Shown here: in pieces, positions 1 to 8,395 of the stretch
Layout: every line of letters begins with the position of its first letter
How positions within the stretch are numbered: position 1 is the stretch's first letter
The notes under the pieces: generated by a model
Database searches by the model: none
What the model was told of the DNA's origin: nothing
The model's input: the letters and a program-made list of their open reading frames with translations, nothing else
Assembly (NCBI GenBank): GCA_951812285.1
Contig: OX638292.1
Coordinates: 1,464,551 to 1,528,550, forward strand
Length of the DNA: 64,000 nucleotides
Reading direction: 5' to 3'
Origin: an uncultured Dehalococcoidia bacterium
GTDB lineage: Bacteria; Chloroflexota; Dehalococcoidia; Lucifugimonadales; UBA1127
Program-made: the position numbers and the translations under genes

Positions 1-995
1 CGCAGGCGGACGCGGGCATCGACATTGTCAACGACGGCGAGCTCAGCAAGGCGGGGTTCTCCGACTACATCAAGGACCGTGTGAGCGGGCTGGAGGGGGT
101 GGACCCGTCGCCGCAAGCGCCGTCGGAGGTCGATTTCCCGGAGTTTGCCGAGTGGTGGCGGACGGCCGGGTTCATGGGGAGCGTCACGTTCCCGCGGCCT
201 GTGTGCGTCGGGCCGATGGCGTGGACGCACCCGGAGACCGTCGAGGCGGACGTGGCAAACTTCCGCGACGCGCTGGAGGGCGTCGACGTGGCGGGGGCGT
301 TCATGACGGCGTCGTCGCCGGGCATCCTCGACCTTCGGATTGCAAACCAGCACTACTCGACGGAAGAAGAGTACGTGTACGCGCTGGCGGAGATGATGAA
401 GGTTGAGTACCGGGCCATCGCGGACGCGGGATTCGTGCTGCAGGTAGACGCGCCGGAGATGGCGATGGGGCGAAATTGGGCGCGGTTCCGGGACGGCTCA
501 TTGGAGGACTTCCGCCGTGCAATGGGGCTGTGGGCCGAATCGCTTAACCATGCGCTGGAGGGCATCCCGGAGGAACAGGTGCGCTACCACATCTGCTGGG
601 GGAACTCGGAGGGGCCGCACGTGTGGGACGTTCCGCTGCGTGACATTGTGGACATCGTGCTGCAGGTGCGCGCGGGCGCGTACTCCGTCGAGGCGTCGAA
701 CCCGCGGCACGCGCACGAGTGGCGTGTGTGGGAGGACGTGAAGCTGCCGGAGGGGAAGACGCTCATCCCGGGTGTGATTGACTCCACGACGAACTTCGTG
801 GAGCACCCGGAGCTGGTGCGGGACCGGATCCTCAGCTACGCAAACATCGTGGGACGCGAAAACGTCATCGCGAGCACGGACTGCGGCTTCGGCACCTTCG
901 CGGGGCGCTCGCGCGTACACCCCACGGTCGTCTGGGCCAAGCTGCGGGCGATGGCCGAGGGGGCGAGGCTGGCAACCGAGGCGCTTTGGGGGTAG
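1..995 (+). CDS. MetE-like (cobalamin-independent methionine synthase catalytic-domain family) methyltransferase, 5'-truncated by window edge
   Basis: Frame 3 is open from nt 3 (QADAGIDIVNDGELSK...) to the stop at 993-995. HICWGN and STDCGFG motifs match the Zn-binding MetE C-terminal domain. The listed ORF 81..995 only starts at an internal GTG. Confidence 0.8.
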   Translation, partial: QADAGIDIVNDGELSKAGFSDYIKDRVSGLEGVDPSPQAPSEVDFPEFAEWWRTAGFMGSVTFPRPVCVGPMAWTHPETVEADVANFRDALEGVDVAGAFMTASSPGILDLRIANQHYSTEEEYVYALAEMMKVEYRAIADAGFVLQVDAPEMAMGRNWARFRDGSLEDFRRAMGLWAESLNHALEGIPEEQVRYHICWGNSEGPHVWDVPLRDIVDIVLQVRAGAYSVEASNPRHAHEWRVWEDVKLPEGKTLIPGVIDSTTNFVEHPELVRDRILSYANIVGRENVIASTDCGFGTFAGRSRVHPTVVWAKLRAMAEGARLATEALWG

Positions 996-1038
996 GCTTA
1001 GGGGAGTCTCGAGGGGCGAGAGGAGACCGAGCACAGCG

Positions 1039-1482
1039 ATGCAGATGCGAAGGGGCGCCAACCCCGGCGCGCTCCAGAAGGCGGCGAACGCGCGCTTGCG
1101 GGAGTCGTTGCGGCTGCGGCCCAACGCTCAGTGGGCGGGCCACCACACGGACGACGAGGTCGAAATCAACGGCGCGAGCGGCGTCGCGGGCGGCTATGTC
1201 GGGCTCTACGGGGGGATCGTCGCAGCGCTCATCGGCGTTTTCACCGGCGACCGCGAACTCTACTTCTTCAGCCTGCTTGCCATCCTCATCGTGGGCTTCG
1301 GCTACGGGGTGCTTTCCGGAGGGGCGAGCACCAAGACGATGAAGGCCACCATCAGGACCTCTTGCATCTACGGGAGCCTCTTCAGTTTTGTGGCGATTGT
1401 GGTGGGGATCATCGTCAGCATCATGGTGATGGTACCCGTGCTGATGGTGTTCATCGCCCTCGATATTGGGCGCTACGGATAA
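1039..1482 (+). CDS. small hypothetical membrane protein (3-4 predicted TM helices)
   Basis: ATG at 1039 inside ORF 778..1482. Strong GC3 bias in this frame. Hydrophobic stretches GIVAALIGVF, FFSLLAILIVGFGYGVL, LFSFVAIVVGIIVSIMVMVPVLMVFIAL. Start choice is uncertain. Confidence 0.55.
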   Translation: MQMRRGANPGALQKAANARLRESLRLRPNAQWAGHHTDDEVEINGASGVAGGYVGLYGGIVAALIGVFTGDRELYFFSLLAILIVGFGYGVLSGGASTKTMKATIRTSCIYGSLFSFVAIVVGIIVSIMVMVPVLMVFIALDIGRYG

Positions 1483-1548
1483 TCGGCAGTCCGGCATAAT
1501 CGGAAATGCTGTATATTCCAGATTCGTTCGGTAAACCGGCGGTTTCGG

Positions 1549-1578
1549 TGGTCACTCGGGCGGAAAGCCTGATACAAT
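1549..1578 (+). promoter_or_regulatory. candidate sigma70-type promoter of the Rieske oxygenase operon (extended -10)
   Basis: TGGTCA (1549-1554), 18 nt spacer, TG-n-TACAAT (tgatacaat, 1570-1578), 43 nt before the ATG at 1622. The same 10-mer CTGATACAAT occurs upstream of purA. Confidence 0.4.
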
Positions 1579-1621
1579 CCCACCAAGACAACGGCTCCGG
1601 CAGTCTCAAAAGGAGGCGTCA

Positions 1622-2950
1622 ATGCTCACGCAAGTAGAGACGGATCTGCTCTGTCGAGTAGGTCCCGGCACACCCATGGGTGAGCTCATGCGGCAGTACT
1701 GGCTCCCCGCAGCATACCCGTGGGAGCTTGAGCCCGACGGACAGCCGCAGCGCGTCCGCCTGCTGGGCGAGGACCTTGTCGCGTGGCGCGACTCCGAGGG
1801 CAACATCGCATTCACGCAGCAGCGCTGTCCCCATCGCGGGGCGGGCCTCTTCTTCGGGCGGAACGAGAAGGGCGGCCTCAGGTGCGCCTACCACGGATGG
1901 AAGTTCGACGTGAACGGCGACTGCATCGACATGCCCAACGAGCCGGCCACGAGCAACTTCAAGAACAAGATGCACATCACGTCCTACAAGGGCGCGGACT
2001 TCGGCGGCGTGGTCTGGTGCTACATGGGGCCCAACCAGGAGGAGCCGCCCGGACTGCCGCAGTTCGAGTGGTGCCTGGTGCCCGAGGAGCAGCGCAGCCA
2101 CTACCGGCGCTTCATCTACGAGTGCAACTGGATGCAGGCGCTGGAGGGCGAGCTCGACTCGACGCACGCGCCCATCCTCCACGGCCGCCTGAACATCGAG
2201 GACAGCCCGAAGTACGGCGGCTACACGGTCGAGAAGGCGGCGGACTTCTTCGTGGAGAAGACGTCGTACGGCCTGGTGTACGGCGCGGAGCGGAAGCAGC
2301 CGGACGGGAACTCATACTGGCGCGCAAGCCACTTCCTCTTCCCCTTCTACGGCATGTTCCCGGCGACAGCGTCAAGGGTGCCTCTGTCCATCTACGTGCC
2401 CATCGACGACTACTACACCATGCACTTCGGGTTGCAGTGGCACCCGACGGAGGCGATGGAAGGCCCCCGCTACCCGACACCGGACCTGCCTGACGAGCCG
2501 GGCGTGCTGACGCCCAACCAAGGGCCGTGGAAGCCGGAAAAGAAGGGCACCTTCTACGCCAACTGGTGGCCGGAGATCAGCCCGGAGACGGACTTCCACA
2601 TGGATCTGTGGGCCAAGAAGCACAGGAACTTCACCGGCATTCCCAGCGTCCGGCAGCAGGACGCGGCGATCGAGTGGAGCATGGGCGCCATCATGGACCG
2701 CACGAAGGAGCACCTGGGCACGGCGGACGCGAGCATCATCCGGGCACGGCGGCAACTCATCGGCGCGGCGCGGGCGTTGGTCGAGGACGGCACGCCGCCG
2801 CCAGGATCCAACGAGCCCGAGGCCTACAAGGTCCGCTCCTGTGCGGTGGTATTGCCCGGTGGCGTAAACTGGATGGAAGCGCTGGGCGACTGGTTCTTCG
2901 CCCGCACGACGGAATACCCCGAATCGGCCGGGTCACTGACCGGCCAGTAG
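1622..2950 (+). CDS. Rieske [2Fe-2S] aromatic-ring hydroxylating/demethylating oxygenase alpha subunit (phthalate-dioxygenase-like family)
   Basis: 442-aa ORF with AGGAGG RBS. Rieske motif CPHRGAGLFFGRNEKGGLRCAYHGWKF (C-x-H ... C-x-x-H). No beta subunit or reductase lies adjacent. Confidence 0.85.
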   Translation: MLTQVETDLLCRVGPGTPMGELMRQYWLPAAYPWELEPDGQPQRVRLLGEDLVAWRDSEGNIAFTQQRCPHRGAGLFFGRNEKGGLRCAYHGWKFDVNGDCIDMPNEPATSNFKNKMHITSYKGADFGGVVWCYMGPNQEEPPGLPQFEWCLVPEEQRSHYRRFIYECNWMQALEGELDSTHAPILHGRLNIEDSPKYGGYTVEKAADFFVEKTSYGLVYGAERKQPDGNSYWRASHFLFPFYGMFPATASRVPLSIYVPIDDYYTMHFGLQWHPTEAMEGPRYPTPDLPDEPGVLTPNQGPWKPEKKGTFYANWWPEISPETDFHMDLWAKKHRNFTGIPSVRQQDAAIEWSMGAIMDRTKEHLGTADASIIRARRQLIGAARALVEDGTPPPGSNEPEAYKVRSCAVVLPGGVNWMEALGDWFFARTTEYPESAGSLTGQ

Positions 2951-2979
2951 CCTGAACGCTTAGGGAGAGGAGTCGAAGG

Positions 2980-4266
2980 ATGCTGACGCCAGAAGAGAAC
3001 GAACTGCTGTGTAGGGTCGGACCGGACACCCCCATGGGCAACATGATGCGGGAGTACTGGTTCCCGGGACTGCAGTCGATCGAGCTGCCGGAGCCTGACT
3101 GCGCGCCTGTTCGCATCAAGCTGCTGGGTGAGGAGCTCGTTGCGTTCCGTGACAGCAACAACAACGTTGGCCTGATCGACAACTACTGCCCGCACCGACG
3201 AGCGAGCCTGTTCTTCGGCCGGAACGAGGAGGAGGGGCTTCGCTGCGTGTACCACGGGTGGAAGTTCGACGTTAACGGTAACTGCGTCGACATGCCGTCG
3301 GAGCCGGCGGAGAGCAACTTCAAGGACAAGGTCAGGATCAAGTCGTACCGCACCCATGAGCGGAACGGCATCATCTGGGCGTACATGGGCTCGCGCGAGA
3401 TCCCGCCGGCGCTGCCGGAGCTCGAGGGGAACATGCACGACAACTACTCCATCACGGTCCTCCACAGGAACTGCAACTGGATGCAGGGGCTCGAGGGCGA
3501 GATGGACACCGTCCACGTGACGTTCCTGCACCTGGGGCACTTCACCATCTACAACACCGAGCCGGGCTCGATGAACTACCACCAGGCGAAGAACCGCTAC
3601 GGCAAGTTCAGCGTCAAGGAGACGGAGCACGGCACGTCGTACGGCATGTGGCGCCCCACGGACGATGGGCAGGAGTATTGGCGGGTCGGGCACATCCTCT
3701 TCCCGTTTTACGCGATGGTCCCGGGCATCGACAACCAGCTCGGCTCAAACGCCGGGTTCCTGTGCTACGTGCCGATGGACGACCACCACACGCTCGAGTG
3801 GGGCGTGCGGGCGCTGAAGCCGGGCGAGGAGCCTCGGGACCAGTCTCGCGACTACATCCCGAACGGCACAGGGTGGTACGACCGGTACAACCTGGACCAG
3901 AACTGGGGCAACGACTTTGAGATTGATCGTGAGGCGCAGAGGAACAACGTCAGCTTCACAGGCATCAAGGGCATTCGCCAGCAGGACATGGCGATGACCG
4001 AGAGCATGGGGAGCATCTACGACCGGACCAAGGAGCACCTGGGTACGACGGACCAGATGATCATCCGGACTCGCCGACGCTTCATGGACGCCGCTCGTGC
4101 ACTGATGGAGGACGGCACGCCGCCGCCGGGGCTGGAGACGCCGTGGGCGTACCACCAGCGGTCGGGGCAGGCGGTGCTTCCGGCGGGCGTCGACTGGTGG
4201 GAGTACACCAAGGACGTCCGGGAGCGGTTCGAGCCGAGCGGGCTGGTCATGGAGATGGGCGGCTAG
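2980..4266 (+). CDS. Rieske [2Fe-2S] oxygenase alpha subunit, paralogue of 1622..2950
   Basis: 428-aa ORF. CPHRRASLFFGRNEEEGLRCVYHGWKF. Colinear similarity to the upstream gene from the first residues (MLT..E.LLCRVGP.TPMG). Confidence 0.85.
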   Translation: MLTPEENELLCRVGPDTPMGNMMREYWFPGLQSIELPEPDCAPVRIKLLGEELVAFRDSNNNVGLIDNYCPHRRASLFFGRNEEEGLRCVYHGWKFDVNGNCVDMPSEPAESNFKDKVRIKSYRTHERNGIIWAYMGSREIPPALPELEGNMHDNYSITVLHRNCNWMQGLEGEMDTVHVTFLHLGHFTIYNTEPGSMNYHQAKNRYGKFSVKETEHGTSYGMWRPTDDGQEYWRVGHILFPFYAMVPGIDNQLGSNAGFLCYVPMDDHHTLEWGVRALKPGEEPRDQSRDYIPNGTGWYDRYNLDQNWGNDFEIDREAQRNNVSFTGIKGIRQQDMAMTESMGSIYDRTKEHLGTTDQMIIRTRRRFMDAARALMEDGTPPPGLETPWAYHQRSGQAVLPAGVDWWEYTKDVRERFEPSGLVMEMGG

Positions 4267-4293
4267 CGGCAAGGCTCATTCAGGCGACATAAC

Positions 4294-4329
4294 GAGAGGG
4301 GCCATGAACGTGGCCCCTCTCTCTTGTAA
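4294..4329 (+). terminator. rho-independent terminator after the Rieske pair
   Basis: Perfect 11-bp stem GAGAGGGGCCA / TGGCCCCTCTC (4294-4304 / 4311-4321), 6-nt loop, followed by TCTTGT. Confidence 0.7.
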
Positions 4330-4337
4330 TAGGAGGA

Positions 4338-5099
4338 ATGGTGGCTAGAGAGAGTTTTCCCCCAGAGGTTGAGTCTGAGCTTGGCTGGTATGTATACAGG
4401 CTCGTTGACCCGCGCAATGGTGAAACCTTCTACGTCGGAAAGGGCAAGGGCAGCAGGGTCTTTGCCCACGCCCTAGGCAGCCTCGATGACGAAACCAGAA
4501 CCAAGATGATGAACGATGGGCCTGCAGACCCCAAGTTGGAGCGGATCAACGAAATCAAGGCTGCTGGATTGGATGTGTCCCACGTCATCCACCGCCATGG
4601 ACTCTCTACGGAGGCGGTGGCGTATGAGGTTGAGGCCGCGCTGATTGACGCGTTCCCCGGCCTAACGAATAGACAAGGCGGAAAGGGGTCTCGAGATCGA
4701 GGATGTCGCCACGCGGATGAAATCTGCGCTGAGTTTGAGGCGGTGCCCTTTGAGGTTAGGGAGCCGCTCATACTAATCGCAATCAACAACCTGTGGAAAG
4801 ATTGGGGCACATACCAAGCAGTTCAGTGCGCTTGGAAGATACGAATAGATAGAGCTAAGCACTACAACCTTGTGCTGGCACATGTTCATGGAGTAGTACA
4901 AGGAGCGTATCGACCCACTGAATGGCGGGCAGCCACCAGATTCAACTTCCCCCAATTGGGCGACGATATGCCGGGGAGAGTGGGGTTCTACGGCAAGGAA
5001 GCGGAGAAAACGGTGCAGGACTACTATCTGAAGAAGCGAGTACCTGCCATTTACAGGAGAAGGGGCGCTCAGAACGCCATCAGATACTGTGATTTCTAA
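4338..5099 (+). CDS. GIY-YIG nuclease superfamily protein (free-standing, lower-GC gene)
   Basis: 253-aa ORF. The N-terminus WYVYRLVDPRNGETFYVGKGKGSRVFAH fits the GIY...YVG core of GIY-YIG domains. Local G+C is visibly lower than the flanks. The AGGAGG lies almost on the ATG, so GTG 4341 is an alternative start. Confidence 0.65.
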   Translation: MVARESFPPEVESELGWYVYRLVDPRNGETFYVGKGKGSRVFAHALGSLDDETRTKMMNDGPADPKLERINEIKAAGLDVSHVIHRHGLSTEAVAYEVEAALIDAFPGLTNRQGGKGSRDRGCRHADEICAEFEAVPFEVREPLILIAINNLWKDWGTYQAVQCAWKIRIDRAKHYNLVLAHVHGVVQGAYRPTEWRAATRFNFPQLGDDMPGRVGFYGKEAEKTVQDYYLKKRVPAIYRRRGAQNAIRYCDF

Positions 5100-5254
5100 G
5101 ACCCCTTTCAGTTCACTATTCCCCTATTGGCGCGGTTGCCCTGGCATCTGATACAGTTGCGCAACGCTCGCGCCGGTAGCTTCGTCATGCCCATCTGGGA
5201 TTGCTGGTCTCCGCGGGCAACTTGAAAGAGCATCAGCCGCGAAAGGGGAAAAAG

Positions 5255-6286
5255 ATGGCTGCCAAGAAACTGGTGTACGTCGACCGCTTCATTGCTCCGG
5301 TGGGTGAGCAGGCGCTGCAGGGGCACCCGTCGGAGGTGGAGCTGGTGAAGGTGAGCTCACAGGAGCCGGACACTCTGTGGGCGGAGCTGGCGAACGCGCA
5401 CGGCCTCCACGTACACGGCCGCGCGATGCCGCCGAACACGCAGGAGGTGATCGACCGGAGCCCGAACCTGCTGGCAATTGTATCGGGGCTGGCGGGCTAC
5501 GACACCATCGACATCCCGGCGTGCACGGAGGCGGGGGTGCTGGTCTGCAACCAGACCGGCATGGGCAACGAGCCTGTCGCGGAGCACGTTACGGCCGCGA
5601 TGCTGATCCTCTCGAACCGAGCGCTGTTGGCAGACCGACAGCTGCACGCGCGGATCGAGCGGAGGCCGGGGGAGCTCGCGGGCAACGACATGGTCGACAA
5701 GACGGTGGGGATCGTCGGGTTCGGCGCGATCGGGTCACGGGTGGGCGAGATCCTGCGGGCGGCGTTCAACTGCCGCATCCTGGTCCACGACCCGATCATG
5801 GGCGACGAGGAGATCGCGCGGCGCTGCGGGGAGAGCGTCGAGCTGGACGAGCTGCTGCAGGAGAGCGACTACGTCACGCTGCACACGCCGCTGACGGACC
5901 AGACGCGGAACATGATCGGCGAGCGGGAGTACCGGCTGATGAAGCCGACGGCCTTCTTTGTGAACGCGGCACGGGGCGGCCTGTTCGACGAGGACGCGCT
6001 GGAGCTCGTGCTCAAGGAGGGCGTCATCGCGGGCGCCGCGATTGACACATGGGAGATCGAGCCGCCGTCCTTCGACCACCCGCTGCTGAAGCTGGACAAC
6101 GTGCTCGCCACGCCGCACAGCGCCGGGCAATCGCAGGAAGGCATGTACAAGATGAGCGAGAACGCGGGGAAGCAGTGGCTGGCGATCTTCAGGGGACAGC
6201 GGCCGTCGCCGATCGTGAACCCGGAGGTGTGGCCGGCGTACGTGGCGCGGTACAAATCAATCGTCGGCGAGGAGCCGGCTGGGTAG
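5255..6286 (+). CDS. D-isomer-specific 2-hydroxyacid dehydrogenase family protein (PGDH/glyoxylate-reductase-like)
   Basis: ATG 5255 preceded by AAAGGGGA. NAD-binding VGIVGFGAIGSRVG. Catalytic-region motifs NAARGGL and ATPHSAG. The ORF listed from 5201 has no RBS. Confidence 0.85.
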   Translation: MAAKKLVYVDRFIAPVGEQALQGHPSEVELVKVSSQEPDTLWAELANAHGLHVHGRAMPPNTQEVIDRSPNLLAIVSGLAGYDTIDIPACTEAGVLVCNQTGMGNEPVAEHVTAAMLILSNRALLADRQLHARIERRPGELAGNDMVDKTVGIVGFGAIGSRVGEILRAAFNCRILVHDPIMGDEEIARRCGESVELDELLQESDYVTLHTPLTDQTRNMIGEREYRLMKPTAFFVNAARGGLFDEDALELVLKEGVIAGAAIDTWEIEPPSFDHPLLKLDNVLATPHSAGQSQEGMYKMSENAGKQWLAIFRGQRPSPIVNPEVWPAYVARYKSIVGEEPAG

Positions 6287-6360
6287 CGGCGGCGGACCAT
6301 TCACAGGGCCTATCCTCTAGATAATGAATTATTAATATCTGTGATTGCGTTGGAAAGGCA

Positions 6361-6389
6361 TTGACATCTGGCAACTGGATTCCTACGAT
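6361..6389 (+). promoter_or_regulatory. strong sigma70-type promoter for the solute-binding protein gene
   Basis: TTGACA (6361-6366), 17 nt spacer, TACGAT (6384-6389). AT-rich tract upstream (6320-6350). The leader contains hairpin 6415-6439 (GAGGGCGCAG/CTGCGTCCTC). Confidence 0.6.
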
Positions 6390-6481
6390 TCATAGCAACA
6401 ACCAAACGCGATTGGAGGGCGCAGTATGCCTGCGTCCTCTTCAATTGTATAAGGCGGGCGACAGTCCGCCAGGAGGAAGAG

Positions 6482-8296
6482 ATGCATTCGTGTAGACGTT
6501 TATCCGGGATTGCGGCGTTGCTGGCGATGAGCCTTGCGCTGCTGTTGGTGGTCGCGGCGTGCGGCAGTGACGACGGCGGCACCACGGCCACCACGACGAC
6601 CACAACGACGACCGACACGTCGAGTTCGGCGCCGGCGGCCGCGCCAACTGCGGCACCCGGAGAAACGACCTCGACGGATACGACGACAGCGGCGCCGGCG
6701 GACGCCATGATGCCGAAGGCAGTAGTTGACCGGCTGATCTTTGCGACAACTCCTCCCTCCGCCGAACACAGCGACCAGCGGGTGCTCTGCTGCTTCAACG
6801 CGTTGCAGCTCAGGCCGATGTACGAAAACCTGCTGGCCGTGAACCCGGAAGGTGAGTTTGTGCCGGGATTGGCCACGTCCTGGGCGCTGGAGCCCGACGG
6901 CCAGTCCCTTCGGATCGAGCTCCGCGAGGGCGTCGAGTTCCATAACGGGAACGGCGAGTTTACCGCCGATGACGTGATCAACTTCTTCGACCAGTTTGTG
7001 ACGTTTGAAGACGCCCACGTCTTCTCCCGCATCTTCTGGCGCGCCTTCACGGAGTCGGTTGAGAAGGTGGACGACCACGAGATCGTCTTCAGGATGAGCC
7101 GCCCGAACAGCTTCCTGCAGCTGGCGCTCTCCGACCGGTGGACGCAGTTGCCGGTGGTGAGCAAGGCTGACTGGGATGCCAACGGCGCGCCTGAGAACCC
7201 GAACAGCACGCCTCTGGCAGGGACGGGCCCATACCAGTTCGTCGACCGGGATCAGGGCCGGTTCGTTCTCTTCGAGAACGCGCCCGGCGAGCACTGGCGC
7301 GCAGAGCCAGACTTCAATGAGCTGGAGTTGCGCTGGGTCGGTGAGGTCTCGACGCGGCTGTCCGCGCTGCTGACCGGAGAGATCCACATGACGGACATCC
7401 CGCCTGACCTGCAGGGGCAGGCCACTTCTGCGGGCTTCGAGATCAAGAGCAACTCCAACTTCGGCACCCGCGTATGGATGCAGTTCTACGCGGCCTTCCC
7501 GGACCCGGAAACGGGCGTAGACGGCTGGCCGCTCTACCCGGACGCCAAGCTGCTTGACCTCCGCGTGCGGAAGGCGTTGAACAAGGCCATCAACCGGCCG
7601 GAGGTCATGGGCGCCTTTGCTCCACACGGAGAGCTGATGATCCTCAACCACTTCCACCCACAGTTCACGGGCTGGAACCCGGAGTGGCAGAATCGTTTCG
7701 ACGAAGAGTACGGGTATGACCCGGCTGCTGCGCGGACCCTGCTGCGTGAAGCGGGTTACGACTCCAACAACCCGCTTGAGATCAAGACCCGCATACGCTC
7801 CTGCGTGGTGATGGCCGGCTGCGAGGACGTCACCGAGGCGATCTCGGGATACTGGCACGACGTCGGAGTGGATGTGGAGCTTGTGACCATCGACGGCGCA
7901 TCGCGGAACGCGCTGAGCCGGGCAACCCGAGGTGGTACGGCGGGCGTTGGCGAAGGGATCGTCGACTGGGTAGACGTGGACAACAGCAGCACGCACCCGG
8001 TGTTCGCGCTGGCGAACCGGCAGACGTGGCACGCCACTGGCGGCGTCAACGGCTTCGCGACGCCGGAGATGTACGAGATCGTGGGCCGGATCCAGGGAGA
8101 AATGGACTGGTCCAAGCACGAGGCGGACATCCGGGCAGTGGGTGACCTAAGCTACAACCTGCACGCCAACGTGCCGCTGTGGTACCTGCCTGCACAGGTA
8201 GCGGTGGACACGGATGTCATTGATGAGTACGTCTGGAACGGCACGGAGCACGGGACATTCACACACCTCGAGGAAATCGTGGCGGTGAAGAAGTAA
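6482..8296 (+). CDS. ABC transporter substrate-binding lipoprotein, family 5 (peptide/nickel/opine type), no cognate permease or ATPase adjacent
   Basis: 604-aa ORF with GGAGG RBS. Signal peptide with lipobox LLVVAAC, then a Thr/Ser/Ala-rich linker. Overall length and motifs are typical of DppA/OppA-like SBPs. Confidence 0.8.
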   Translation: MHSCRRLSGIAALLAMSLALLLVVAACGSDDGGTTATTTTTTTTDTSSSAPAAAPTAAPGETTSTDTTTAAPADAMMPKAVVDRLIFATTPPSAEHSDQRVLCCFNALQLRPMYENLLAVNPEGEFVPGLATSWALEPDGQSLRIELREGVEFHNGNGEFTADDVINFFDQFVTFEDAHVFSRIFWRAFTESVEKVDDHEIVFRMSRPNSFLQLALSDRWTQLPVVSKADWDANGAPENPNSTPLAGTGPYQFVDRDQGRFVLFENAPGEHWRAEPDFNELELRWVGEVSTRLSALLTGEIHMTDIPPDLQGQATSAGFEIKSNSNFGTRVWMQFYAAFPDPETGVDGWPLYPDAKLLDLRVRKALNKAINRPEVMGAFAPHGELMILNHFHPQFTGWNPEWQNRFDEEYGYDPAAARTLLREAGYDSNNPLEIKTRIRSCVVMAGCEDVTEAISGYWHDVGVDVELVTIDGASRNALSRATRGGTAGVGEGIVDWVDVDNSSTHPVFALANRQTWHATGGVNGFATPEMYEIVGRIQGEMDWSKHEADIRAVGDLSYNLHANVPLWYLPAQVAVDTDVIDEYVWNGTEHGTFTHLEEIVAVKK

Positions 8297-8334
8297 TGTG
8301 CTCGTGTCCGACCTGGAAGGCCTAGTAACCTGAG

Positions 8335-8364
8335 AGGGAGGGGACGGCGTGCCGTCCCCTCCCT
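8335..8364 (+). terminator. 13-bp GC-rich hairpin after the SBP gene (terminator/attenuator-like, no clear U-tract)
   Basis: AGGGAGGGGACGG cgtg CCGTCCCCTCCCT. Confidence 0.4.
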
Positions 8365-8395
8365 TGACATAAAGGGATGCGTCAAAGGAGGAGCC

